A stretch of 64,000 bases of DNA from Sphagnum compactum (taxonomy: Eukaryota), in the NCBI GenBank assembly GCA_965153455.1, contig OZ234493.1, forward strand, positions 16,110,213-16,174,212. The letters are read 5' to 3'. Within the stretch, counting starts at the first letter, position 1. Every line of letters begins with the position of its first letter. Of this stretch, positions 25,481 through 37,467 are shown one piece after another. The notes under the pieces are model-generated. The model saw only the letters and a list, made by a program, of their open reading frames with translations, ran no database searches and had not been told where the DNA came from. The position numbers and the translations under genes were made by a program.

Positions 25481-28400
25481 TTATAAGGGCTTCTTAGGAC
25501 CTAGGCCCAGTTTTGCCCATGTTCTCTGTGAGATGTTCCGCAGTGATGAACCTCTTTGGGACTTTGCACTATTGATGATTTTCTTCTCATCCTCGTGGAT
25601 TGGCAGTTCATCTTTGTCAATGGCGAAAGTTGGATTGTAGTTGGATTCTCTGTCGCCATCTGAATACAGCTCTTGTGAATACATAACCTGATCTTCGTCA
25701 TGATCTAACAATTGTGATGATTTTTGCTTCTTCCACCCAATGTGCGTCACTTTCCCTAACCACCCACCTTTCTTTCTCTGGGCAGATGGCAACCCGTTTT
25801 GCAACAACTCAGAGTTGTTGTCTGGATCATCTTGTACCATGAAATCTGTGCCATTTGGAGTCAGATCAAGAGTTCGAGTTTGATCATCCTCATCGTCTGG
25901 ATCTGTGTGTTTCTGACTGCTTAAAATCGGTGTCAAGGTTTGCGGATGAACAAACATCTTGAATGGCAGTGGTGCTGGTGGTGGTTCTTCATCTGGTGCA
26001 ATTGAGGAGGTAGCAATAGCACCAGGCTCTAAAATAAGCTTCACTGGTCCATTGTTCTTAGGCAGAGATGGCGGGAGAAGCTCTCCTGAATCCTCCACAC
26101 TACCTGCAACTGATGGGTCGCCCTCTTTCTCCATAGCTGTAAGGCTCTCTTGAGAACCTCCACCACTTCTTTTACGCCGGTGAAATATTTGCAAAATCCC
26201 TGATTTTCGTACTCCTTCTCGCTCATTTTTCACTTTCTCTGGTAAATTACTGCTTTTGTTTCCTAACTTCTGGGTGGTGGGCCAATTTTTCGGAGATGCT
26301 TTCCCCGGATGAAGAATCATGAAGGCACCTGGTGGTCCAATCGCCACATCAATGATTTCACTCACTTCACCTTCATGCAGTGGTGGCTGTACTTCTGGCA
26401 CAAGACTTTGTGTTGTCTCTGGACCACCAGCTGAAGAAGTCCTACTGTGAGAAGACTTGTCTTTTGTTTGCCTCTGATCAACATGAGCATTATTAGCAGC
26501 AGGTGGTAGCTCAGGTTTCAGTCTCTTTACAAATGCATCAGATGATACTGTTGAAAATTCTGTTGACACAGTGTTTCCATCCATGTACAGTTCTCGAGTC
26601 CCCAGCTGCTGCCCAAGCCAAAAACACCATATCTAAGTTCAGAATCCAAAGATATGATAATGATATCTTTATCATTGAACCCTAAACCCTAAACTCTTAG
26701 CTTTTATCGTTTAGCCCTAAACCCTAAACCCTAAATCATATTCATGAAAATAAATCTGATGATGCAAACAGAAATTCATGTTGTGTGTTTTGAACAACAC
26801 CATCAAAAAAACTAATGCAAAAAAACCCACCTGTGCCACTTTAATTCTTTCATTTTCTTTAAATTTAAATTGAATTTTTTCCCCCCATCATCTCTATCTG
26901 AAGTTAATAACAGCACTTCATACATACCTCTGAGGCTGCAAGATTGCTTTGATTGTCTTCAAATAGAGCAATATTCTCTACAAGGATCGCAAAGTGTAGC
27001 TGGCCAACTTTCTTCATCTGTTTCTTAACTTGCATTTCAAGAGGAAAAGTCTCTTCACGCAATTCGCCATGTCTATAATCACTAACACGCACTGTGCACC
27101 AACTAAGCAGCACCACCAGTCCAACATACACATCAAAACAGATCAGTCGTGTGAATGCCAATTGAGCTGTAGATTGCAAAATAAAATCAAGCTCCACAAG
27201 GGTCCAAGTGAACCAGATCAGGATAGAAATATATGACCCACAAGCCAAGATTTAATCAAGGGTGCAAAATTCACTCCAAAAAAACTATTTGTATTATGTC
27301 AATTTTTTTCATGGCTTAAGTGGCAATGAAATAAGATACTTCTTGAAATTACATCCAACATTTATTTCTAAGCAACAAAATTAGCATAAAATTAGTTTTG
27401 TACAACAATAAAATGGCAGCGATAAAAAACAGCACATAATTAGCATAAATTAGCATAAAAGGAATTTTGTACAACACTCATTCATTCTGGAAGACTATAT
27501 ACCTGTCATGGACACGCATCTTGAGAATGTTTGGGTGATCCCAGTTGTAGATTGGCAAATGAAACTTTTCATTCCATGTGGGGTTTGCACTTTTCTTCTT
27601 CACTGTCGTTTTTTTGCTACTTGACCCAAGAGCAATCGTTACAAATGGATCTGGCAAATCACACAAAATGAGAAAACCTTAAACCCTAGGCTCACTATTA
27701 TAAAATTTAAAAATTCATATAAAGTGAAAACACATTATTGGGTCTAAAAATGAATCTGAAAATTCACACAAATGCCTTGAACCCTAAGCTAACTTTTTTT
27801 AATTTTTCAAATTGCATTTAATAGTGAAATATAGTAGCAGGACAAAAAATATGAATTTGACAAATCAAACAAAATGAAAAAAACCCGTAGCTTAATTTTA
27901 AAAAAACAAATTGCATTCAATAGTGAAAACATAGTATTGGCTCCAAAAATAAGCTTCATAACAGAGCATATATTAGGTCAGACGTTTCATGTACCATTCT
28001 TGTCTGTAGTCCGGAGTTGTTTTGCATCCAGGATGTCGAGGTGTAGAATTGCAGTTGCAGGTGCCTTGTCATCTGCAATGAAACCAATCCAGTGGCAACG
28101 ATTCTCATCAATCCATAGTCATGATGTATACTCACACCATTATGTACTAAGAGCTCACAAGTACTCATAATCATAATTCTACACATATTTTGAGAAACTC
28201 ATGGCAGCATCATAATCATTTTGTATATAATCCTTTGAGAAATTCCCAGCATCATTTGCTTGAGATGCATTGCAATGCTTTTGCAGTATAGTTTAAGTAG
28301 ACTGCTCTGAATAGAAGAGTACATGAGACTAGATTTACCTTGTGCAAATGCTGTCCTCTGCTCTGATGTCATGTTTGAAAACATAGCATTGTTTGCAATC

Positions 28401-31378
28401 TTCTCCATATCCACAACCAGCAGATTTGGCTGCAATGTAGATCCTTACTTCAGTATTTGTGACCATTTTTAGTGCAATCAATTTCTTTGCCTTCAACCCA
28501 TCTGCCAAATTATTTCATATATGATGAGCAAAACAAAAAGATCAAAATTGAATGCACTCACTTCCACAAGGGACTGCTCCAGCGCAGTCACTATTGTCGC
28601 TTCCTGTAAAAAATCCCCAAAACCCCAATAGAAGGAATTTTTATTATTGGTGGGAGAAAAGATAGAATCTCTGTATTTCTCTTAAAATTAAATTCAAAAC
28701 TCATTTTTGAAAAATGGCACATATATATATATGCAAAAATCTGAACTATCATGAATGAGTTTGTACATATGGACAAGTTTTCAGAAGAAAGGAGAGTGTG
28801 TGTAATTTACCAGCCATCTTGCAGCCCCTGGAATGTAAGTAACATCAATCCCACCTCTGTACAAAGGACAGGCTGTCATTTGGACATATGGCAGCTGAGC
28901 AAAGCAAAAGCGGATGCGCCCCAAAACCGGCCACCCATTCACAAATTTCACAGCTACTTTGACCTAGAATACAAAGACAAAGCAAAAAATGTCCTCAGAA
29001 AATGAAAACCCAGAAATCTAATAGGTAGTATGAAAGCATGTTAACAAAAAAAATTATTTGGTAAAGAAAATTCAAGTTTTAGCACGAGTGCCAGCTATAC
29101 TTCAAGACAAACACCAGAGAGAAACTGTGTGAGATATGAATTGATGAAGTTTTTGCAACAAGAATGAAAATGCAAGAATGATGCACAGAAAATAGTTTCA
29201 CCTTTCCCTCTATATGTAACTTTGAGATGTAGAAAGTGGTGCGAAAACCACCATAACGACGACGCAATGCCACTGACATCTCAGCACTCATGTCTTCTCC
29301 AGATGCAAATTCCATTGCTGCCTCAATGATCTGCACACCACCCCATGAAGCTCACAAGTTATGACAAATGCTCCTTTGTGGGCTTTTTGCTATTTTCGTG
29401 CTTTTTGATAACTACAATTAACGGGGGGGGGGGGGGGGGGGAGGGAGCGAACAATTTGCAGTTTTGTGGTGCAATTTAGCTCAAAAATAATATTCTGGGA
29501 TTTTGAGAGGAGAGTTGAGAGAGACAGCAGGGAGTACCAATTGATCACCTTCACGTTGCTGATCCAATGCCCGTATGAGAGTGAATACTGGTGCTCGGTT
29601 TCCCAAATGAAGTTTCTGCAACAAGACTTCTTTCTACCCACAACCCCACCAGGTGATCAGCCAAGACTCAACCTGGTTTACAGTACAGATTTTGTCCCTG
29701 TTCAAAAATCATGATAAACATGGCTGAAAAGTTTTCATCTCAAAACCTGAAAGCAGATCAATTGAACAGCGAGCAGCAGCAGCAGCAGCATCTAAAGGCT
29801 TTTATGTGCAAAAAAATTTAATTGAGATTCAAGATTCAGAAAGGTGGGTTTTACCACAAATCTGGGCTTGTATTTAGCCAAAAACCATGGGACTAATGGC
29901 ATTAAGAATTGTTGCGAAGCAAAAGACTCCAGACATACAGGCCAAATGCTCACTATGGCTTGATTTAACCATCGCACTGTCTCTCCATCATCAAGCTGCA
30001 CATTTGATCAAAACAAACAGCTTCTTTGTTAACCAATAAATTTTGGTAACACAGCAAAATCCGGCTAATAAAAAATTTGGACTGCACTTTGATACTTTGT
30101 CCTTCTCTCTAGCACTACTGATCCTCTCTCTCTCTCTAGTCACCCCACCCATTGAAGTACAAAATAAATAAAATTCTGCATCCCTGAATTCAGACTTCTC
30201 TTCTTGAAGTTGGTGATTTTTTTTTTTCTTTCACTTTACCCTTGTCATGTGTGCCTTTCTTCTTTCTTCATGGCGTATCCATCGATGCTCTCTAGTACGT
30301 ACTTGCTTTTCTACCTGCACCCGACAATTAGTATTAAGTCTAACGCTCAACAATTTCCAAACAAAAGACACCCATGATGCTCATCCAACAAGTTTCTTGA
30401 TCATATCTCTCCACCCCATTTCTCTCTTTCTCTCTACACACACACACACACACAAAAACACATATTTAAACACGTCATTTTCACTCTCTTTTTTCCTCAC
30501 AAAATCCAAGTAGTACACGTATTTTGGGAAGGTCCAATTTGAACGCACAAATTCATTTCCACTCTGATCACACCCATCATTTTAAGAGGCTGTTGTTGAT
30601 GACAACCCAACAGAGAAAAACAATGAATATCCATCTGCCTGCTTGAACAACTAGGTCAATTTGTCCCACATCCTCCCTCTACAGCTTAAACCCTAGCTCT
30701 CGACACTACTGGGGGTTAGTTGTCATAAGAAATCCATGAAATCAATATGAAATCAAACTCAATTTCAAGCTCCAAGCAAAACCCAATTGCCAGTACTTGC
30801 TCACCAACAGGCTTCTAAATTCTTCCCTGAACTGCTCGAGTGGAGAAGTCAATCAGCTTCACCACCAACAACAACATAGCTGGTGTGTATGAGTTCATGT
30901 GAAGAAATTTCAAGCTAATTTCTTGCAAGCTCTTTCTTGCTCCTCATCACCAAAAAGAAGAAGATTCTACAAATTTGACTTCTGCTTGAAACTGTGGATT
31001 AGTTGAGCTTCACCAACCAACCAACCATAGGTACAAGCAAAGCTCTTTGTGGAACTTTTTCTTTCTGCAAGCTTGCGGAAGTGGAATAGTTGAGCTTCAC
31101 GAAAATATGAAGCTCATGTCCACTTTCAAGCTTTCTTGCAACTAGCTCTCCAGCTTTTGTGCACAACAATGTCAAAATCTTTATTGTTAGGAAACCAGAA
31201 AATCATGGCCAAGGAGAGAGAGAGAGAGATATTTGAAAGAGCAAGGGTTTTGGTCATGCACCACAGTTGGGGTTTTGCAAGGGAAATGGTGACAAAAACA
31301 GCAAGGATTGTGTGTGGGGGGGGGGGGAGAGAGAGAAGAGAGTAAATGGTGCAGGAAGCTGGATTGTGTGTGTGGAGG

Positions 31379-31413
<35 letters not shown>

Positions 31414-31750
31414 TGGGGAGAATCAGAAGAGATGGTGAAGAGGAAGAGGAAGATGGAGAAGAGAAAGGAAGCACCTGATACAAGTAGATGAAGATAATGA
31501 CCACAACGAAGATGGAGTTGATGGAGAAGGCAGATGCAATCCAAGTGAGGATCAAAGCTCCTCCTACATGAAGCATGAAGGGAAGAGACCGCCCATGACC
31601 TGACTCCTGCTGCTCCTGCTGCATCGATGATGATGCAGTTCCTCCATCATTATCGACTGCACGGTTGCCTGCCATGCTTTCTTCTTCTTCTTCTTCTTGC
31701 ATAGCTGCCGCAGCTGCTGGTGGTACAGCAGCTTGATCTGACGTTTCCAT
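25481..31750 (-). CDS. N-terminal-TM SMP/C2-domain protein (At1g53590 / NTMC2T6-like), ~12 exons, ~843 aa
   Basis: Exons: 31750-31475, 30314-30240, 29995-29855, 29633-29538, 29330-29202, 28963-28811, 28603-28562, 28429-28339, 28072-27995, 27650-27503, 27102-26928, 26608-25481. TM segment: HVGGALILTWIASAF..IFIYLYQV. SMP domain: DGETVRWLNQAI..WP, LHLGNRAP, LHIEGKVK, WPVLGRIRFCF, SLVEPNLLVVDMEK. C2 domain: DPFVTIALG..KKSANPTWNEKFHLPI. Long disordered tail. The C2 splice sites are uncertain. Confidence 0.88.
26678..26735 (+). repeat. Interstitial plant telomere-like (CCCTAAA)2-3 tracts in the last intron, with another near 25244-25262
   Basis: ACCCTAAACCCTAAA and CCCTAAACCCTAAACCCTAAA are seen directly. 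Confidence 0.8.
31381..31410. repeat. (GA)n microsatellite in intron 1 of the C2 gene
   Basis: About 13 GA units. Confidence 0.9.
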
Positions 31751-32279
31751 CTCAATTCCCCACCTCTCTCAGCTGCAGCTACATGCTCCCGCCAATCCAC
31801 AAACTCTCCAGCGGCAGCAGAGTGGTTTTTGCACACAGCAGCAGAAGAGCACACAGACTACAGACTGATGTGTTTGTAGCTGCTTTGATGCAGGAAGAAC
31901 TAGAAACCCTTGAAATTCTCCCAACTACTTCTGGGCAAAAAAAAGAAGCTTCAGATTCAAGCAAAGTCTGCAGCAGCAAAAAGACGAAAAGTCCTTCTCG
32001 CACAAAACTAGCGTAATGTAACTTTGCTAACCCATTTCTACAGGGACCCAAGGTCGTCGAGGCAACACATTGCCATGAGAGATGGAAACAATCCTCTTCT
32101 TCTTCTTTCTTCTTCTTCTTCTTCTTCTTCACTTACAAGGCATGGTGGTTTGCGTAATTTGGAAACCATGAAAGCACAAATGGGTCAAAAGGACGACGGG
32201 CTTTGAATGGGGGCTCCATCATCCATGAACATTCAAGCAGTCCGACACACACACACACACCCAAAGACAAAGAGCAGAA

Positions 32280-32520
32280 AAGTAAACGTGGGTGTGGAAT
32301 GGAATTGCGCTAGCGAGCGGAGCTCGATCTGTCGGCCGCAGACATACCGCGGATCCTCGATGCACGCGCTCGCTCGCGCGACCAGACCGGACGCGACCGC
32401 AGAGAGAATCCGCGGCACCTCTGCTGCAGCAACCGCACAGAAAGCCGCGGAAGGAAGATCTGCCCAAGCGAAAACAAATACACGTTACCGTGTGAAAACA
32501 GCTACCCGCGAACCAAAACA
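32280..32520 (-). promoter_or_regulatory. CpG-rich promoter/5' region of the SMP-C2 gene
   Basis: Local CpG-dense island 0.5-0.8 kb upstream of the ATG, next to (CTT)n and (CA)n tracts typical of 5' UTRs. Confidence 0.45.
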
Positions 32521-33504
32521 TTAATTTACTGTGTGAAAACAGCTCATAGGTAACTTAGTGTCAGGGCGGCGGTTTTTAAAAATTATATTTAATTTTTTTG
32601 TTTTTATTTCTAATTTAAAATTTGTAGATTCTAAAGTTTGGCAAAAATTTCCAAATTTGGAATTTACACTAAAAAAACCCAATTTTTTTCAATTTTTTTT
32701 GTGAAAGAAAAACCCCCCTCCCCAAAAAGCTGCTGAATAAAGTGTTGATATTTTTTCTTTCTTTGTTTTTTTTTTCCCTCTGCACCCAATATGGTTTCTA
32801 TACTTTTAAAGTATTTTTTTAAGTGAATTTTTATTCTAAAATAAAATTTAAAAATAGCATCATCTACCTACATACCAACCACTTTTCATTTATTATGTGG
32901 ATTTTTTATTTTTTCTCTTTTTTTATCTATAATTTTCTCTCCACATAAGATTGGTTTTAAAATATTATTTTAAATAAATAAATAAATAGAAAAATAGCAT
33001 CAAATCTTCATATCTCTTGCTCTTTAATTTTATTCCTTTAAAAAAAACTTGTACACCTATTCTTAGGGAAATATTATTTAAAAAAAATTCCTTAGGATTA
33101 GACTTAGGAACTCTAGCCTAAGTTGTGTTTGTTTTTTTTTTGGGGCATATCACTAATAATAAATAATTCCCAATTAAAGAATTTACTAGACCTGGGCTTG
33201 CATTTCAACCCAACCTTCCTGATACCAGGTGATAACTGGGGTTGGGTTCCTTGACTTTGGAAGAAGAAAGAATAATTAAGAAGAAATCAAAGCATTTAGG
33301 TACAAAGGAGAGAGAAAAGATGCTTGTCTTCTATAACAAGTAAGTAACATGGGAGGGTAAGGTTTTTCTTTCTTTCTTTCTTGTTTCTTTAGTAGTAGCC
33401 TAGTTGAGAAGCTTTCTTCTTCTTCTTCTTCCCAAGGGACTTGCAATGCACGAGACCCAAGATCAAAGAATGAAAGTAGAGTTGGAGTTTTGAGTGTCAA
33501 GCTT

Positions 33505-34205
33505 GCTCTAATTAAGGCCCACTTTAGATGGGTTTTCCCTGGGTCCAAATTCCTAAGAACCAATTTGGACTCATTTGAAGCAACTTGAATCCTTGAGTTA
33601 AACCCAGGTTTGGACCTTGGCTTGCATCTTGGTTCTTCAAATCATGAGCTCTCACTCCCTTTTAGCTCCATTTTTTCTGGGTCGAAATTGATTGATTTTC
33701 CCTTTCAAAATGGTGCCATGTACGTTTAGCCTTGATTTGCCACTTTTTGGTCTCAGACTCTCATCTAAAGGTTGTGGCTCCAATTTATGGTTCTTGTCCA
33801 ATAGGATTACTCTATTTCATTGAACTCTGGACCCTTAGTAGACCCTCATCTAAAGTGGGCCCTAAACCCTAAGGCCCACTTAAGGTGAGTCCAAGGTCCA
33901 AATCCCTAGGAACCAATTTGTACTCATTTGCAGCAAATTGAATCCTTGAGTTCGACTCTACATTGAACCCTAGCTTTGCATCTTGGTTCTCTAAAGCATG
34001 AGCTCTCCATTGAGCTCTTTATTCTTTTTGGGGGGGGCAAGAGGGGAGTTTGAACCAATTGATTTAGGGCCAAAATTGGAGGGATTTTGGCACAATTTTA
34101 GCCTCCATTTGCCACTTTTTGGTTTTTTAAAATCCCGTGGGTCCAATTTATGGCTCTCAGCCAATCATAGGATTACTCTATTTCATGGGATTACTCTAGG
34201 ACAAG
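33505..34205. repeat. Diverged tandem duplication, period ~358 bp
   Basis: AAGGCCCACTT..GGTCCAAAT.CCTA.GAACCAATTTG.ACTCATTTG..GCAA.TTGAATCCTTGAGTT...ATAGGATTACTCTATTTCAT starts at ~33513 and again at ~33871. Confidence 0.85.
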
Positions 34206-34706
34206 GTTTATTTATAGAGTTAGTGCAAAAGATACACACACACACACATACTTTGTGTGGAATAGGCTTGTGCCTAGGGGTGAGAAAAATAGCCTAGTTT
34301 TAGAAAAAAGGGTGGGATTCTTTTGAGGAGTCAACAACAACTTTAGTAAATTGCCACTTACATGCTTTAATGTAATAACCTCATGGGCTTTATGTGCATA
34401 TGTGCAAAGGGAAAAAAAAAAAAACAATTGGGTTCATGCAATTGTTTCAAATCCATAGGCAAATTGTTTTTTTAATTTTAGCAATTTGCCTTAGTGAACT
34501 AGTAGTACTTGCATGTTGCATGCAAAAGCAAGGAGGAGCTATTTTTAAACAAGAATTTGGTGCTTTCAACACATCTAGTATCTATCTATTCTCTCAGATT
34601 TTACTTGGTGCACAAACCTTCACAATTCATTTTGCATACAAAATTTCAACCTTGCAACCTCCTCCAAGTAGGCTATGCAGAATTTAAGACAGGGGGTTCT
34701 GGCACA

Positions 34707-35286
34707 TCTATCTATGAAGCAAAGGTAGCTTGTTTGTTTTGTTTTGTTTTGTTGTGTACCGATGAGATCCACCGAATCGGGATGCTTCAGATTGTGTTCT
34801 TGGTCTCTTTGGAAAGTTCTCGAGGAGGAGGGGTGCCATTGGCTTGGTTCCCATGCTGTTTGGACTTGCGTGCAAAAGTTCTTGAATATTGAATGATTTT
34901 TTCACTGAAAATTAATTAAATCACAGCTGAAATTTTGGAGGAATTCGAATTTTCCTTTGGTGTCGTTGGAAAGATCTTGATGAGCAGGATTTAATGGCAT
35001 TTACTTGGTAAGATTTGGATTCAGAATGTGAGAGATATTGATTTTTAAGTGATTTCTACTGCTGAAAATTCAAATAAATTCCAGAAAACCAGGTTTTGGA
35101 AAGAAAAATCAGTTGAGAGCGTGGTAGCACTTGAAGGCTTACCATTCAATTCAAGCATAATTTCCTCTCATATTCGGCTGTTCAAAAAATCGATACATAT
35201 ATTACAAAACAATGTTCCACATGTTGAGTTTCCCTATTTTGTAATGGGTTCGTTCACACATGGGCCAACAGCACAGGCCACACTAG
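34707..35286 (+). mobile_element. Putative non-autonomous Helitron (580 bp)
   Basis: A|TCTATCTATG start and CTAG|T end (A^T insertion site), with a GGCC...GGCC weak hairpin just before the end. Confidence 0.5.
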
Positions 35287-36504
35287 TTACTTGTGATGTT
35301 TGCTTTCTATATAAGATTCCAGTTTTCTATGAAAGCAGGTAGGTAGGTAGGTAGGTAAGTAGGTATTAGGTTTTTGTAAATTTTTTAAGGTTTGAGAGTA
35401 AGCATGTACTCTTTGGAGAAGGTGACAGCTAAGTTGTCTTTATGAGTAAATTGTCACATTCAATGGGGTTGTACAATTTGGGTACCTTCACACGAAATTC
35501 AGTCTTGAGGTGTGTGTAGATTGGCGGTAAGTATGCCACCCACTTTCCAAACCCATTGGTGAATATGTTTTGCTATGTCAACTTTATTAACTCCTCTATG
35601 GGAGATGTGTCAATCATCTCCTATTTTTAGGAGCTGTCAGATTGGAAACAATTATGATAGTTGGATCGATGAAGAAGCATTATTATGATAACATTATGAT
35701 GAACCCTGGTGAACTTCATCAAACAAAGCACCCACTCAAGGGGGAAAGGAAGAACAAAGAGAAGGGATTCAAGGGACCCGGCCAAATCTGGGCGGGGAAG
35801 CCCAAACAACCAAAAGGGTTTGAGTTATTAGAGTTATCTCCAAAGTCACCCTGTCTTCACCCTGTCTTCACCCTGTCTTTGGGCCTCCTTTCAGCCCCTC
35901 TTTCAGTGGTATCTGCAAAGTAATGAACTTTTATTGAATCTCAGTGTGAAATGCTGAAACTAAGCATTTAATGCACAAGGTTCGAGAGTAATTACAGTAC
36001 TCGTGTAGGTAAGAATAATGAAAATATATGTAGTGTCAGCAGAGGCGTCCATGAAAAAGGAAAGGCCGGATGAAACTCAGCTTACCACCAAAATTATTGG
36101 TCTTTTGAGTTTTACCCTACGTAGTCAAAATGCTAATGTACTTTTTGGCCGGTTTATTTTTTATCTCACCCCATGTATGACCAAACTCGGGATTCTTCTC
36201 GTGCTGTGTTTTCCTTACTTCACGGATAAGTCTATTGTGTAACGTATTGTGTAAAGAGAGGTTTGAGTTCAAAGCCTTCAACCCTAATGCTTTTTTGCCC
36301 CAATCCCTTATGCCTTGTGATTTACCTATATGTTTGAGGCGCATGATGACAATCGTCTCGTGCTTTCGAATGGGTACCCAAAATGGCCTCACTCTGATGC
36401 CTTATACACAAGTCTTTCTAATTTATGGTACATTTTGTAGTTATGTACTTAATCCAAAATTCTCACATGAATGATATGTCCATAATTAGGAGTATCAATG
36501 TGTA

Positions 36505-36865
36505 AGGTAAGGCCTTAGGATGAGAGTGTTACCAAAGCAAGGGCTTGCATGAGCCCATAGATGAGTGTGGACCCAACTATGGTAATGCCCTCATCCAAGG
36601 GCCTTACCTATCATAAAGAATGAGGCAAACTAGGATGAGGGCAATACCAAAGTAAGGGCCTACATGAGACGAGAGAGCTGGGTGTGGACCCAACGTTGGT
36701 AATGCCCACATCCAAGGGCCATACCTGTCATAAAGAATGAGGCTAACTAGGATGAGGGCAATACCAAAGTAAACGGCCTGCACAAGGCAATAGCTAAGTG
36801 TGGACCCAACTCTCGTAATGCTCTCGTAATGCTCTCCTTGCCTGTCATAAAGAATGAGGCTAATG
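36505..36865. repeat. Tandem array of three ~116-bp self-complementary units
   Basis: TAGGATGAG occurs at 36516, 36631 and 36748. In units 1-2, GGATGAGGGCAATACCA-type left arms pair with TGGTAATGCCCTCATCC-type right arms. Unit 3 has a degraded right arm. Confidence 0.85.
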
Positions 36866-37255
36866 ACCCATATGGAACAAGAGTGGTTGAGATTCAGTGG
36901 CTAAAGATAAAACCCATATTGATTCTACAAACTTGCCTTGTAAATGGCAAGAACTTTACAAACTATAATCAATTAATTGTTAGGGAGATTTGGGCGGCAT
37001 GGCATGGCATGCAAGCACCACGGTTGGCTGGCCACGAGTAACTTACACTCTCAATTAAATTCTGGAGGGCGAAGGTGACTTACTTATGCCAAATGCTTCC
37101 GTTGTGTGGTTGTTCCATGTAATAATTGTAGCAGGAACAAAAAACCCAATTGTTGTGAGACACTCCTGAGACTACTACTGGCTTTCCAAATGTATTCATC
37201 ATCCTTAAATGAATTCCATGGATTCTCAGTGGGTCGTGTTATCCCACCAAACGTG

Positions 37256-37467
37256 TGTTCGATCACACTTGGTGTTAATGACTCTAGTGTTGAGTCCCCT
37301 AACATCATTATGTTAGTGATTTAGGACTTAAACCATCAAATGAAAATTTTATGTCAAGCTGACATTCACTTAACACCAAGCTATCACCTGTTTTAATACT
37401 GCATGCCACCTAGGATGCCACCTAGATTTTCATTTAACACTGACTTTACATCAAGTGTGAATGCACC
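37256..37467. mobile_element. Tourist/Harbinger-like MITE (~210 bp)
   Basis: TCACACTTGGTGTTAA ... TTACATCAAGTGTGA inverted termini. The CACACTTGGTGTT core is also at the left end of the Harbinger element (13553). Confidence 0.6.

Noticed and set aside
31779..32524. ORFs upstream of the C2 gene
   Set aside because: They derive from microsatellites and the CpG-rich 5' region and have no recognisable domains.
36505..36865. CRISPR-like repeat/spacer appearance
   Set aside because: The context is eukaryotic with no cas genes, the constant part is ~100 bp and the variable part only ~15 bp.
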